This document shows positions 1 through 11,134 of a DNA stretch of 20,000 nucleotides, in pieces. Position 1 is the stretch's first letter, and each line of letters opens with the position of its first letter. A program made the translations under genes and the position numbers. Where the stretch lies: positions 809,720-829,719 of the forward strand of contig ML992501.1 of assembly GCA_010093995.1 (NCBI GenBank). The letters run 5' to 3'. Under the pieces are notes generated by a model. It saw only the letters and a list, made by a program, of their open reading frames with translations, searched no databases and had not been told where the DNA came from. The DNA is from Elsinoe ampelina (lineage: Eukaryota).

Positions 1-74
1 CCCATTTTCATTGCTTGTCTGCTTGCTTGCCGCCGCCGAACTGGTCGTGATCTGTCTAGCGATACTCTTGGTAA

Positions 75-181
75 GCGGGGATATGCTCGACCTACAATTT
101 CTCCGCCCAATAGACACTGGTATTCTCCCTTCCGGACTCTATTCGGACTCGTGGGTCTCTGTCAAAGCAGGGCCATTAGCC
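75..181. promoter_or_regulatory. Candidate CAZyme regulatory motifs upstream of the GH3 gene (CreA SYGGRG x2, CGG-N8-CGG, XlnR-type GGCTAA)
   Basis: GCGGGG at 75-80 and CTCCGC at 101-106 (reverse GCGGAG) fit SYGGRG; CGG-actctatt-CGG at 133-146; TTAGCC at 176-181 (reverse GGCTAA). Short motifs, so function is inferred from context only. Confidence 0.35.
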
Positions 182-360
182 TAATCTATTGTGAGCGATG
201 CAGGGTCAAATTTTTTGAGCATGATCAGATGGAGAAGGTCTTGATGTCGAATGGACTCTTTGAGATGCTAGGTCGGGACCTATAAGACAGCACGGGACGT
301 ATTTCCATTTTCTGTACCTTTTCTGCACACCTCTGTCTTTCATCTTTTTGCGGCGCCAAA

Positions 361-2868
361 ATGGTCAGACCCCATCTTGCTATTGCCGCCCTTGCGGCCT
401 CAGTGGCGGGCCAAAATGGCACAAACTCGACCTTCCCCTACAAGAACCCCAATCTGCCAGTAGAGGAGAGAATCAGTGATCTCCTCGGCCGTATGACGAT
501 TCAGGAGAAGACAGCTCAGCTCCTTCAAGGCGATGTACGAAACTGGATCAACGAGTCGACTGGAGCAATCAACCAGACCGGTCTCGAGGACAGCATGACC
601 AACAAGGCTGGCAGCTTCTACGTTGGCATCGCGGTCACTTGGGACGTCCTTCTCAAGGGCATTGAGACCGGCCAACGTTACCTGATGGAGGAGACGAGAT
701 TGGGTATCCCGGCATTCGTGCAAACCGAAGCCATTCACGGCTTCCTGGTATCGAACGCGACAATCTTCAACAGCCCGATCGCCTTCGCTTGTGCGTTCAA
801 CCGGAACTTGACGAGGCGTATGGCGGAGGTCATTGGTATCGAGGCTGCTGCTATGGGTACCAACCAGATGTTCGCCCCCGTGGTCGATCTTGCCCGTGAG
901 CTTAGGTTCGGTAGAGTAGAGGAAACATACGGAGAGGGTCCGTGATCGTTCACAATGCTTGAAGACCTAGTCTGACATCACTAGATGAGTACCTTGCTGG
1001 AGAAATGGGCTACAACTACGTTGTCGGCTTGCAGAGCCAGAACGTCAGCGCCATGGTCAAGCACTTTGCTGGTCAGTACCATCGACATTTCAGCTTCATA
1101 ACCCTGATGTGAGCAGGCTTTTCCAACCCCGAACAGGGTATCAATACCGCGCCTGTGCATGGTGGAGAGCGTGAACTTCGCACAACCTGGCTTCCTTCCT
1201 TCAAGAGAGCCATCATCGACGGTGGAGCCTACTCGATCATGAGCGCCTACCACAGCTATGACGGCATTCCATCCCCAGCCGATCACCATATGCTCACCGA
1301 GATTCTCCGTGAAGAGTGGGGATACAAATATTTCGTCATGTCCGACGCCGGTGGCACCGATCGACTCTTCAACAACTTCCGCACCTGCGCGGTGCAGGAT
1401 GCAAAGTGCGTGACCCAACAATGTCTCACAGCCGGCAACGACGTCGAGATGGGCGGCGGCAGCTTTAATTTCCGTGTCATCCCCGAGATGGTTGAAAGTG
1501 GCGCCCTCGACATCGCTGTTGTCGACGAGGCCGTCTCCCGCTTCCTCCGGGCCAAATTCGAACTCGGCCTGTTCGAAAACCCCTTGACTATGCTCGAGGG
1601 CGACCTGAAGAACAAAACCATCAACACGCAAGAATTCAAGGACCTCGCACGCGAACTTGACCGCGAGTCTATTGTTCTCATGCAGAACCCCAGCAAGACC
1701 CTACCCCTCAGCAAGTCCAGCAAGGTTGCTGTCGTCGGTCCCTTTGCGTCAGGCTTCATGAACTATGGCGACTACGTCGTCTACCAGAGCCAGTACCGCG
1801 GCATCGAGTACCTTCAGGGCATCCAGGAGGCTGTCGACGACGCCAGCCAGGTAACCTACGCCAAAGGCTGCGACAGGTGGAGTACCGACGAATCCGGCTT
1901 CCAAGAAGCCCTCGATGTGTCCAACGCAGCCGACGTCACCGTGCTCATCGTCGGCACTTGGTCCCGCGACCAGAACGAGCTCTGGCAAGGTCTCAATGCC
2001 ACCACCGGCGAACACGTCGATGTCGTAAGTTAAACTCCCTAGTCACCTTTCTCCCTTTATCTCCACTTGTTCCCCCCGTCTTGGACTCTCTGAACCACCA
2101 CTAATTCCCCTCTAGGCAGATCTCAACCTCGTCGGCGCCCAACGCAATCTCGCTCTCCAACTCGCCGCCACGGGCAAACCCCTCGTCATCGTCTCCTCCA
2201 GCGGAAAGCCAATTACTGAGGTTTGGATTTCGAATTCTTCCGCCAGTTTCATTCAACATTTCTATCCTGGCGAACAAGGCGGGCACGCCCTCGCCGACAT
2301 CCTCTTCGGCGACCACTCGCCCTCCGGCAAACTCTCGGTATCATTCCCGCGCGACGTGGGCACCCTGCCCATCTACTACGACTACCTCAACAGCGCGAGG
2401 AGCGTGGATGCCGGCGGGGTGAACGCCGACGGGAGCCTGAACTTTGGCCACCAGTACGTGCTTAACTCTCCGCTGGCTTGGTTCCCCTTCGGGCATGGGT
2501 TGAGTTACACCGAGTGGGAGTACAGCAACGTCACGCTTTCTTCCACGACGGTGGGAGCGAGGGATAAAGTGACTGCCACTGTGACGGTGCGTAACACAGG
2601 GGATAGGGATGGTATGGAGGTTGTGCAGGTTTATATCAAGGATGTGGTGAGTAGTGTTGTGGTGCCGAACATGAAGCTGAGGGGGTTTGAGAAGGTGTTG
2701 ATTCCTGCTGGGGAGAGTAGGGATGTGAGTGTCGAGTTGGATGTTTATGAGAGTTGTGGGTTGTGGGATCGGAAGTTGCAGTATGTGGTTGAGCCGGGTG
2801 AGTTTCAGGTGTTGGTGGGGACGTCGAGTGCGGATATTAGGGCGAGGGGGAGCTTTACTGTTGCTTAG
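361..2868 (+). CDS. Secreted glycoside hydrolase family 3 (beta-glucosidase/beta-xylosidase), about 774 aa; exons 361-937, 985-1071, 1117-2024, 2116-2868
   Basis: Signal peptide MVRPHLAIAALAASVAG; GH3 motifs TRLGIP, E(A)IHG, APVVDLARELRFGRVEETYGED, VKHF, FVMSD (nucleophile), PSGKLSVSFP, FPFGHGLSYT and a C-terminal Fn3-like domain (EVVQVY...LRGFEKV). Three GT-AG introns (938-984, 1072-1116, 2025-2115) join the pieces into one uninterrupted frame of 2325 nt. Confidence 0.96.
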
Positions 2869-4356
2869 ATGGTAGGGGAAACGATTAGGACTGAATGGAT
2901 GCCTGTGATATTTGACGGCATGAATTACTACCACAATCTGCATCCTTCGCTACTGTGACATGTGGCTACCTAAATAACGGTAGGGACGAGTAAGAACTAT
3001 CGTTTGCGTGCAGGTTGTCGTTCACTCGATCATCTTGGCACTTGTGTTTTTGTTGTTAAGCAACGAAGCTTCGATATCCGTAGGAAGAAATCGGCCCTTT
3101 GAGCGGTGGTCTTGCCTTGTCGGCCGATACATACCAGTGGGAGCAGAATCTCCGAGGGTTGACTGGAATGTGTTCAAACAGAGAAGAGCGTGGGTGAAAT
3201 GAAAGCGTGGGGGACGTTTGGCAAAGTCAGTGCCTAATGCACGCTCCGACGTGTTCATGTTCGACGACAGTACAGCACAGTACGATAGACAATTTAGAAT
3301 AGCGATGGCGATACAATAACGGCAACAGGTGAGAGACTGATTGGCCAGTCTCAAAAAAGACGAGACGAGGACCGATCTCTGGTTGGACGCCTTGTTGTGC
3401 TGACATGCATGCACAATGATGATGCGTGTGGCCCCTGGGCAGTGACACTTGCCGGCCGGCCGGCTTGCTCAATACTGTGTCGTTCATCGAGAACAAGGGG
3501 CTACGAAGGATGGGTGCGACGAGGTGATCAGAGAGGGTGTTGTATTGACCACGCACGCTGCCATTATGGTGGGGTATGGTCCGCTGAGATGGGGGCGACC
3601 AGGATCATCACCTGTTGTGCAGTGAAAGATGAGATCTGTCTGCACGATAAAATGCCGGAACGATGGGTAAGGGGATAGGAGAATGACCTCGTGACTCACT
3701 GACCTCAGCTGGAATGAACAAACAGATGATCGAATCGTATGCAACATGAGTCGGACCTGCATGAAGAGTGAGCAAAGGGAACACATCCAAGCCTCCACCG
3801 AGTCCACCGAAAGCAACAAAAGCACAGCCAGAAAAAACACCGCCAGTGCTTTTTCCCCCGTTTGCATCCCAAAGGAGCCAGCGGTGGCCGCGGACGGGAG
3901 CCCGGGACCAATGGACCTCTCACTGGGCCTAGGTTTTTGGTGGTTGGCTGCCCCCACAAGGCTGCAGCAGTGCCTAGCAATGCCTGGCAATGCCTCTCCC
4001 GTTTCACACTAACCTCCAGCTGTGCCTACTTTCCTTCCCTTCTTTTCTCTCGTTACTGTACCATACAAACAGAGGCATGAGCCACATCCGTCTTGACTCA
4101 CTGCCTGCACAAGGTCATGCCGTCGTGGCTCGAGCGCCCGTCTGACGTCCGTTGTGCATCCCTGTCGGTCTCCCTTGTTGCCTAGTGTCATGAGAGTCCT
4201 CCAAAAGGCAGAAAAGCATATCTGTCAGGCAAGTCTAACTTATATCCCTTGCCTTTGCTACGTTTCATATCTAGCCTCTTCATTCCACCAAGGCTTGTCT
4301 TCTCCTTCAACATCATCTATCTTCAACCAAGGTTCCCGTCATCATTCATCCCTATC

Positions 4357-5118
4357 ATGACAGTCCAACACCCTACCATGGTACGCCGATCCATCAACAC
4401 CATGCCACCTTCTCCACCCTCATCGACCTCACCAAAGGAGGTCAGGTTCGCCGCAGCAGACGTCTCCATCCCAACTGGAATGCGCATCTTGAATCCACAG
4501 GAAAAGGCCTCTGTCACGCACTTCGAGGGTCACGCTGCCACCTGCCGTCATTGCCAGGATGCCTATCACCGCTTCAAAGCCGGCAAGATCATGTGCGCTC
4601 ACGGTGCTGCCCTCATCAGCGATGTGAACAACCACATTGTCCGCTATCATAGTGAGATCTTCTCACGACGAGATCCAACAGTCCGCATCTCAATGCCTAC
4701 CGAGTTCAAACACATCGACGACGCCCTCAAGCTCATCGAGAAGAAAGGTCCACGCGCACCATTCGGCCTTGACGACAAGAAGATCAAGAAGGAAGCCGAA
4801 GGACGGAGTCACCACAGCAGCAGCAAGAAGGACAAGCACAAGCGAGTAGACTCTCACGGCTCCGCCAGCTACACCCAGGATCAGTACGCTGCCGCTCAAG
4901 CCTTTTACCCTTCGTCACCATTCAGCGTCCGGAACATGTCCCCCTCCTCTTCCCGCACATCCAGCACAGAATCTCGGCGACCAAGATCTTTCGAATTGGA
5001 CCAGGCTTACGGTCAACGGTCGGAATCTGTCGCCGCTACTATTGGCACAAGGGCACCAGCCTACGACACCAAGGACTTCAAACCATCATTATCCAGACAC
5101 AAAAGCCATCGCAGGTGA
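4357..5118 (+). CDS. Hypothetical protein (about 253 aa) with H-x3-C-x2-C...C putative metal-binding motif and a basic/Ser-rich tail
   Basis: Single-exon ORF from ATG 4357 with coding-like C-ending codon bias; FEGHAATCRHCQDAY...MCAHG motif; low-complexity termini. Confidence 0.75.
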   Translation: MTVQHPTMVRRSINTMPPSPPSSTSPKEVRFAAADVSIPTGMRILNPQEKASVTHFEGHAATCRHCQDAYHRFKAGKIMCAHGAALISDVNNHIVRYHSEIFSRRDPTVRISMPTEFKHIDDALKLIEKKGPRAPFGLDDKKIKKEAEGRSHHSSSKKDKHKRVDSHGSASYTQDQYAAAQAFYPSSPFSVRNMSPSSSRTSSTESRRPRSFELDQAYGQRSESVAATIGTRAPAYDTKDFKPSLSRHKSHRR

Positions 5119-5780
5119 TGGACACAGTCAGCCATCGTCGTAGATGCTCGGGATAGAGAACGATTCATTACGCCGTTTATTACGATTATTGGGATTGGAT
5201 ATTTGCACTTTACGATACCTGCTCTCCTCTTCATACAGCATGAATCGAGGATCGAGCTTTCTGTTTATGCGTTTCTTTGGCATCGGACCAGACAATTGAG
5301 ATACCCTTCGCTCCATAGAGCAGAATGTACAACCAGCCTTTTGGCAATACCACCTACTCCTCTTTGCCTGAATTCTCCTTCATGACTAGTCTCAACAATT
5401 ATTACGTTGCAGGAGTCATCAGCATGCACGCAAACGTCACCCCGCCAGGCACTGTGCACCTCCAAGCCGCGAATGCACATGTCAATGCGAGAAATGCCCC
5501 TCGTTCGCCAATCATGGCGTGAAACTGGAATGCCTGAATTCCTGCCTTATTACGACTGCATATGCGGGCGGTAGAGCAAGGTTCACCTAGACGACGACGG
5601 ACACGAGATGGCGCTCGTCACTGATCGACGCCAACCTGAAATGGCAAAGGGTGAGTGTTCAAGCCACAAGCTGTGGCTTTGGACAAGCGAAAGATTGGAA
5701 AGGATGAGAGGCTGTGCGGGGGGCCTCGCTCAGCCCTCTCTTCGAATTCACCTTTGTCTGCTTATGGATCAACCAACATC

Positions 5781-6095
5781 ATGCAGTATCAAACGGGATC
5801 GATTCCATACGATCCTATCGAGATCGATAGTGATAGGGACTTCTCGATAATACTATTCGCGAAGAACTCGACGTTTGACCTTTCCAAGCACTCCCTGGAT
5901 CCAACCACGATGAAAGAGGATCTGCAGCGTGCTCAAACTAGTAGGAAGGTACTGATGGCCCATGGACGACGCTTCCATACAAGCTTGCAGAGAACCATGC
6001 TCAATGAGACAATCTATCTTCACCCAGATGGCCACTTTACAGACGAGAGTTACCATCCTTCTTCGCCAGACAATGTATTCGTTCTCTGGAAATGA
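5781..6095 (+). CDS. Possible small hypothetical protein or exon (104 aa from ATG 5781)
   Basis: Open frame 5655-6095 with protein-like composition; no recognisable domain; a GTGAGT donor at 5651 could not be joined convincingly. Confidence 0.25.
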   Translation: MQYQTGSIPYDPIEIDSDRDFSIILFAKNSTFDLSKHSLDPTTMKEDLQRAQTSRKVLMAHGRRFHTSLQRTMLNETIYLHPDGHFTDESYHPSSPDNVFVLWK

Positions 6096-6910
6096 CTACC
6101 ACAATTCGACCCGCCATAAGGTATGCCTTCTCTATACCCATGAGATGAAAGTATGAATGGTCGTCTCCAAGTGCCGAAACATCAAGCTGGTGGCACCGCG
6201 AGGATTACATGGACGACATTGAGCTGTGTAGCCACCTACCGATTACCTGTCATGGCATCAGTCTAGAGATTGCCGCTGCAAACCGCATATCATCATGCTC
6301 GAAAGATAAAGGGTAGGCAATGTTGCATGCATGTATTAGAGTCGTCCGCTCCAAGACGGTACCGTATCAAATCGACCAGTGGCCCCTGTGATCAATCCGA
6401 CACCACTCATTGAGTAACAATCTTCCAGGGCCTTCATCTGACCAATCGTCTTTACTCATCGAGTTCTGACAGAGTAACGATGAGGGCGGAACTCGTGTCT
6501 TAGACCCGGATCCCCAGGGACTCCCCCTCCACACCCCAGACGCCAGAGCCAATACCTTCTCCCGACAAACAACGACCCCGGACCGCCCACATGGAGAGCG
6601 CATGCTTGAAGCGAACAAGCTTCGGCGACAGAAGCTTGTCTGGACGTGCACACGGGAAAATGCTCCACTAATTCCTCAAACCACCAGTATGGTTGGTTCA
6701 GAACGCGGAGATCTGCATACAACGCCGTGATATCCGGGCTTCAGCAGACAGCGTCGTCATCTTTATGCAGCTGCACGGTAGATTCTGCAATTTGCCCGGC
6801 AGCAAAGGAAACACGAAACGAACACCCTCTTCTACCCCAGAATCCCCGCCTCCAATGCATATCGCATCTTCCCTCCTTCCCAGCAGGTGCAACACCCCAC
6901 CAACCTCACC

Positions 6911-8493
6911 ATGGCGACAACCACCAAACCCCCGTCCCCTCCCTCCTCCACCGTCTCCCACCTCGAACACCAACCCCCCGAACACTCCTCCGTCCCAACC
7001 GCCCACCTCTCCGAATCCCACAAACAATACCTCCTCGCCCGCCACGGCACCCTCACCCTCCACCCCCTCCCCACCGCCCACGACTCGGACCCCTACAACT
7101 TCCCCCACTGGCAAAAAACCACCAACCTCCTCCTCGTCGCCTTCCACGCCATGACCGCCACCTTCACCGCCTCGGCCATCCAAAGCGCCTACCCCGCCAT
7201 CGCCGCGGACCTGGCCATCTCCCTGCAAAAAACCACCTACCTCACGTCCCTCCAGATCGCCATCCTCGGCGGGGCGCCCTTGTTCTGGCGCCCGCTCTCG
7301 CAGCGCTACGGACGCCGCCCCGTCTTCCTGCTCAGTCTGATCTGCAGTCTGGTGGGCAACGTCGGGTGCGCGGTGTCGAGGACTTTCGCGACGCAGGCAC
7401 TGTGTCGGGCCATCGTGGCGTGGTTCATCAGTCCCGCTGCCGGGATCGGGAGTGCGGTTGTGCAGGAGACGTTTTTCGAGAGGGAGAGGGCGAGGTATAT
7501 GGGCTGGTGGACGTTGATGGTCACGTTGGGGGTGCCGATTGCGCCGTTTTTGTTTGGGTTTGTGGCGCAGAGGGTCGAGTATAGGTGGATTTATTGGATT
7601 TTGGCGATTGTGAGTAGAGAAGAGAAGGTGATGAGGGATGGTACTGACTGGAGTAGATGAATGGTGTGCAGTTTGTGTTGTACTTCTTCTTGGGGCCCGA
7701 GACGAGGTATGTCCGGACTGGAGTGGAGCATTCCACTTCGGATCTGAAGGCAAAGTACTGGGAGTTCAAGCGGTTGGATCCGACACCGATGCGACTGAAG
7801 GACTTCTACTCTCCGCTTGTGCTAGCGGCTCGACCGGTAGTGTTGATCCCTGCTGCAGCGTACAGCATGGTCTTTCTGCTTGCTGGAGTCCTCCCAACAG
7901 TCGAGGTCGCACAGCTTTTTGCGGAAAAATTCGAGTTCGATGCCCAGCAGCTCGGACTCCAGTATCTCGGCTTCATCATCGGTGGCGTGATTGGAGAACA
8001 ACTAGCTGGCCCACTCAGCGATTGGTGGATGCGGCGAGGCGTAAAAGATGGTAAGGTGAGGCCCGGAAACGAGCACAGGCTCTGGCTTGCATATCCAGGA
8101 TTCGCACTCGCCGTGGTAGGTATAACAGTCTTCCTGGTACAGACTGATCGACTTCCTCCACTGCATTACAACGTCACACCAATTGTAGGTGCAGCCATCG
8201 CAGCCGCTGGTAATCAGATCGTCACAACCATCTTGGTGACCTACGCCGTGGACTGCTATCCGCAAGAAGCAGGAAGCGTGGGTGTCTTCGTCACCTTCGT
8301 GAGGCAGATCTGGGGCTTCTTGGGCCCGTTCTACTTCCCACAAATGTTTGCCAATGTTGGACTGCGAGGATCCGCCGGCATATGTGCAACTTTGATCATT
8401 GGGGCAGCGATTCTACCAACGGCAGTGCTACAGCTGAGCGGAAGGAAGTGGAGAAGAACCAGAGACGCCAGAGGACTGGATGAGAAAGACTGA
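6911..8493 (+). CDS. MFS transporter, DHA1 (drug:H+ antiporter) like, about 511 aa; exons 6911-7609 and 7657-8493
   Basis: DPYNFPHWQK N-terminal motif, motif A region PLSQRYGRRPV, FFERERARYMG, YRWIYWILAI, FFLGPET, GPLSD, EHRL, YAVDCYP; about 12 hydrophobic segments. Intron 7610-7656 (GTGAGT...TACTGAC...TAG) joins the two ORFs in frame. Confidence 0.95.
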
Positions 8494-8510
8494 TCATTGG
8501 ATCGAAAGTC

Positions 8511-10848
8511 TTAGCCGGGCGCAGGTCCAAAGCTGTTGTCCCAGGAGAAGTCCTGCTGTGGGAAATTGAACAGCGTTGGATCTTGAGCCTCGCCCGTGTT
8601 GAGCAGGGTATCCCAAGCGCTCTGCAAACTGTCAGCAAGGATCAAGATGGCCAGCAGCGATAGCTCTCACCCAGTCTATAGTTGCAGTCACATCGTTCAT
8701 CGGGGTGTCAAAAATATCGTCAAAGGAGACATTGTCAAATCCTGCATGTGCTCCATCACCACCAGATTGTATCGAGGAGGTTTGGAAAGCAGGTCCGACA
8801 GTCGTGGTACTCATTTGTGTAGGCACTTGATGTGCATCACGTGGAGAGTCGCTGCCCATCATGGCAGGTACAGTCCGTTTGAGCTTGCTTCCACTCCGAC
8901 GACTGCCAGGGTGTTCTGTCTGAGATCTGGATTGCTCAAGTAGGTGCGATAATGCTTTTGCGGCTCGCCGAGCTTTCATTGGTGCTCGTTCCCAATTGCT
9001 TCAGATTTCTGTCGATTTCTCCAGGGCATCCATCATAGATTTTCGCTCTTCCTGAATGCTCGATTCTGGTCCATCCGACTCTGCCCTGTGCTTGCTATGA
9101 GAGAGCTCAACCCCAACGACAATACCCCCCAAGATGAAGCAGTCCATACAATCCCGTATTTGCTGGTAATGGATGGATTCGAGTTGTCCGCCCTCCCAGA
9201 TAGCCTCACCAAGGACGAGATGGATGTTGACGATCTCAAGTGCGGCTCCGAGACATAGCTTTCTTTCAAGATGATCTGTCGTGCCAAGATGGCGTCGGAA
9301 AAGGACGCAAATGTTTTCAGACGGAACAATTCCACCTTGATTCGCTCCATGATCAATTGTGTATCACCGAATGATTGATCAAGTGACTTCATGCGAAATA
9401 TGCTTGGCGTATCCTCATGGATTCTTGTGAGTTGAGCATTTAGCTTATGAGCTATGGCAGGGTCCGGTCGGTCAGAAGAGTTGGATAGTGATACAGCCTC
9501 TGCGAATATAAGTATCATGTGGCCCATGATAATGCTGGATGCGATGAAGGTCTTCTCCGACGCCGGCCGCGGTGGTGGGAGATGCTCAGATTGTGTAGAA
9601 AAGTCCGAGTCTTCCAGGTTGAGTGGCATGGCCGTGTTTGCTTGTAGCGCCCGGATGACACTAACGAGTCCGATCTGATAGCTGAAGATGATATCCAAGT
9701 GGCAGATGGCTAACCAGATCCTTCGCCGAATCTCTGCCACGAAAGGTGTTACATCAGAGCGGCCACCAGCATCGCGAAACATTCCCATCCTCGTTGCGAG
9801 ACGAGTGACAAGTCCAAGCTGTAACCATAACTTGAGCTGATCGGCATCACTCTTAGTCTGGCCGTACCTGATCAACAATATGAGAGCTTCTAGGAGGTAA
9901 AATTTTGGCCGGGCATAGTCAGCAAGGATGACAGCATGCGTAGCCATCTCGTGGAAGGTCTCTCCAGGGTGGGGCTCCGATGACTCGGGAGGTGATTTAC
10001 GTGAATACTGATCGCCTAGCGCGAGGATGTCGAAGAGGACGGCGAGCCAAACTGGAGAGGCTGCTGTGGGATTCTCCCAGAAGGCAGTGTACTACGACCA
10101 TTAGTCTCGTTAGTGGGTACTGCGCAACTGCCCACTTGCCTGCTGCTGGAAAGTCGGAACATGCACAATATCTCGCAAACGATAAGCGCGGTTCAGAGTA
10201 GATGTTCAATGAACTTACACCTGTACGTGTCACAGGACATGAAGAATGCTGCAATCAGCTTGTCACAAGTTTCGCTGGAACATAGGCGAGCAAATCATCC
10301 ACGGTGTATGCACTGGGCCCAGGGAAAAACAGATCAGGTGTCCCTCGGCTTCCACTAGAGGTGGTAGGCTGGGTCAAAACTCCAGGGAGGGTGGAGGAAA
10401 CCACATCGGGGTCGTCGTCAAGATGAGTCTTGATCTCGGCAATTTCGTTGACAAGGCTCTCCCAGTGAGCTGGACCGACGAAAGCAGTCTCACTGTCTGT
10501 AATCTTCAGGCGGCCCTGCGAACCCGTGGGAGGTTGAGAAGAAGTATCGCTAGACTGGTCTGCAGTGGACGGAGTTGCAGCTTCGGCAGCCTTGTCAACT
10601 CTGGTCGTGATGCCTCCGAGATCTTTTACCATCTGCTCAAGACTATCCAGTCGCCTTCGCATGGCCTGCGATTGCGACTTGTAGGCCAAGGATTCTTGCA
10701 TTGAGCTCGAGTAGACGCATTGAGGCTCGCGAGACCTTCGTACACATTCCCGACACGGTAGCGCCCGGTCGCATCGTAATTTGCCAGTCCTGCATGGTTT
10801 GCAGCTTTTCTGCGGACGCTGGCGGCGTTTAATTTCATTTTGACTCAT
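8511..10848 (-). pseudogene. Zn(II)2Cys6 transcription factor with fungal TF middle homology region, apparently disrupted; reconstructed about 730 aa; exons 10848-10219, 10171-10140, 10091-8671, 8621-8511
   Basis: CKPCRTGKLRCDRALPCRECVRRSREPQC zinc cluster; MHR motifs CDKLIAAFF, IVHVPTFQQQYTAFWENP, RLATRMGMFRD, EIRRRIW, MPLNLEDSD, ICVLFRR, C-terminal IDW/SAWD. Continuity needs frameshifts at about 10270 and 9315 and read-through of TGA at 9003-9001 (ALEKSTEI*, a position normally Trp). Introns 10218-10172, 10139-10092 (GC-AG), 8670-8622. Confidence 0.88.
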
Positions 10849-10874
10849 GGCACATGTGTGAAGGACAAAGGAAG

Positions 10875-11134
10875 TGTTGACTTGTGTGGGGGAGGAAAAA
10901 AGGATTAATTACTGCCTAAACCACCAAAATGAGGTAGATTATAACTACATAAATACTTAACCTGGTATACTAAAAGATAGCTAAATCAAAAGAACTTCTT
11001 AATAGTAGCAGATTAAGACAATAATTATCTAATTTAATTATAGATTAGTAAAATAGTAAGATAGTGTTTAGTTTAACCTTGGGATAAACTAAATCAGGGT
11101 CTTCTTAGCGCTCTAGCTTATACCTCGGTTAATA
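10875..11134 (-). repeat. Probable 3' LTR (260 bp) of the Copia element
   Basis: On the minus strand AAAGGGG polypurine tract (11143-11137) precedes TATTAAC (RIP of TGTTGAC) at 11134; the far end reads TGTTGAC at 10875 on the plus strand, giving TGTTGAC...GTCAACA terminal inverted repeats. The partner LTR is outside the window. Confidence 0.65.

Noticed and set aside
400..2943. Several minus-strand ORFs over the GH3 gene
   Set aside because: Antisense shadows caused by codon bias; no motifs.
2950..4250. Overlapping short ORFs between GH3 and the hypothetical gene
   Set aside because: No codon bias, domain or consistent splice structure; treated as intergenic/UTR.
6100..6880. Possible gene relic or CGG/CCG TF-binding sites upstream of the MFS gene
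   Set aside because: No coherent frame; CGG triplets have no distinctive spacing and are expected by chance.
6646..7753. Long Pro/Arg-rich and Gly-rich ORFs (6646-7584 +, 6693-7154 +, 6698-7753 -)
   Set aside because: Shadow frames of the C-rich MFS exon; the MFS frame explains the sequence.
9033..9947. 304-aa ORF as a stand-alone gene
   Set aside because: It is the middle of the Zn cluster TF gene; its last roughly 90 residues are out of frame after the 9315 frameshift.
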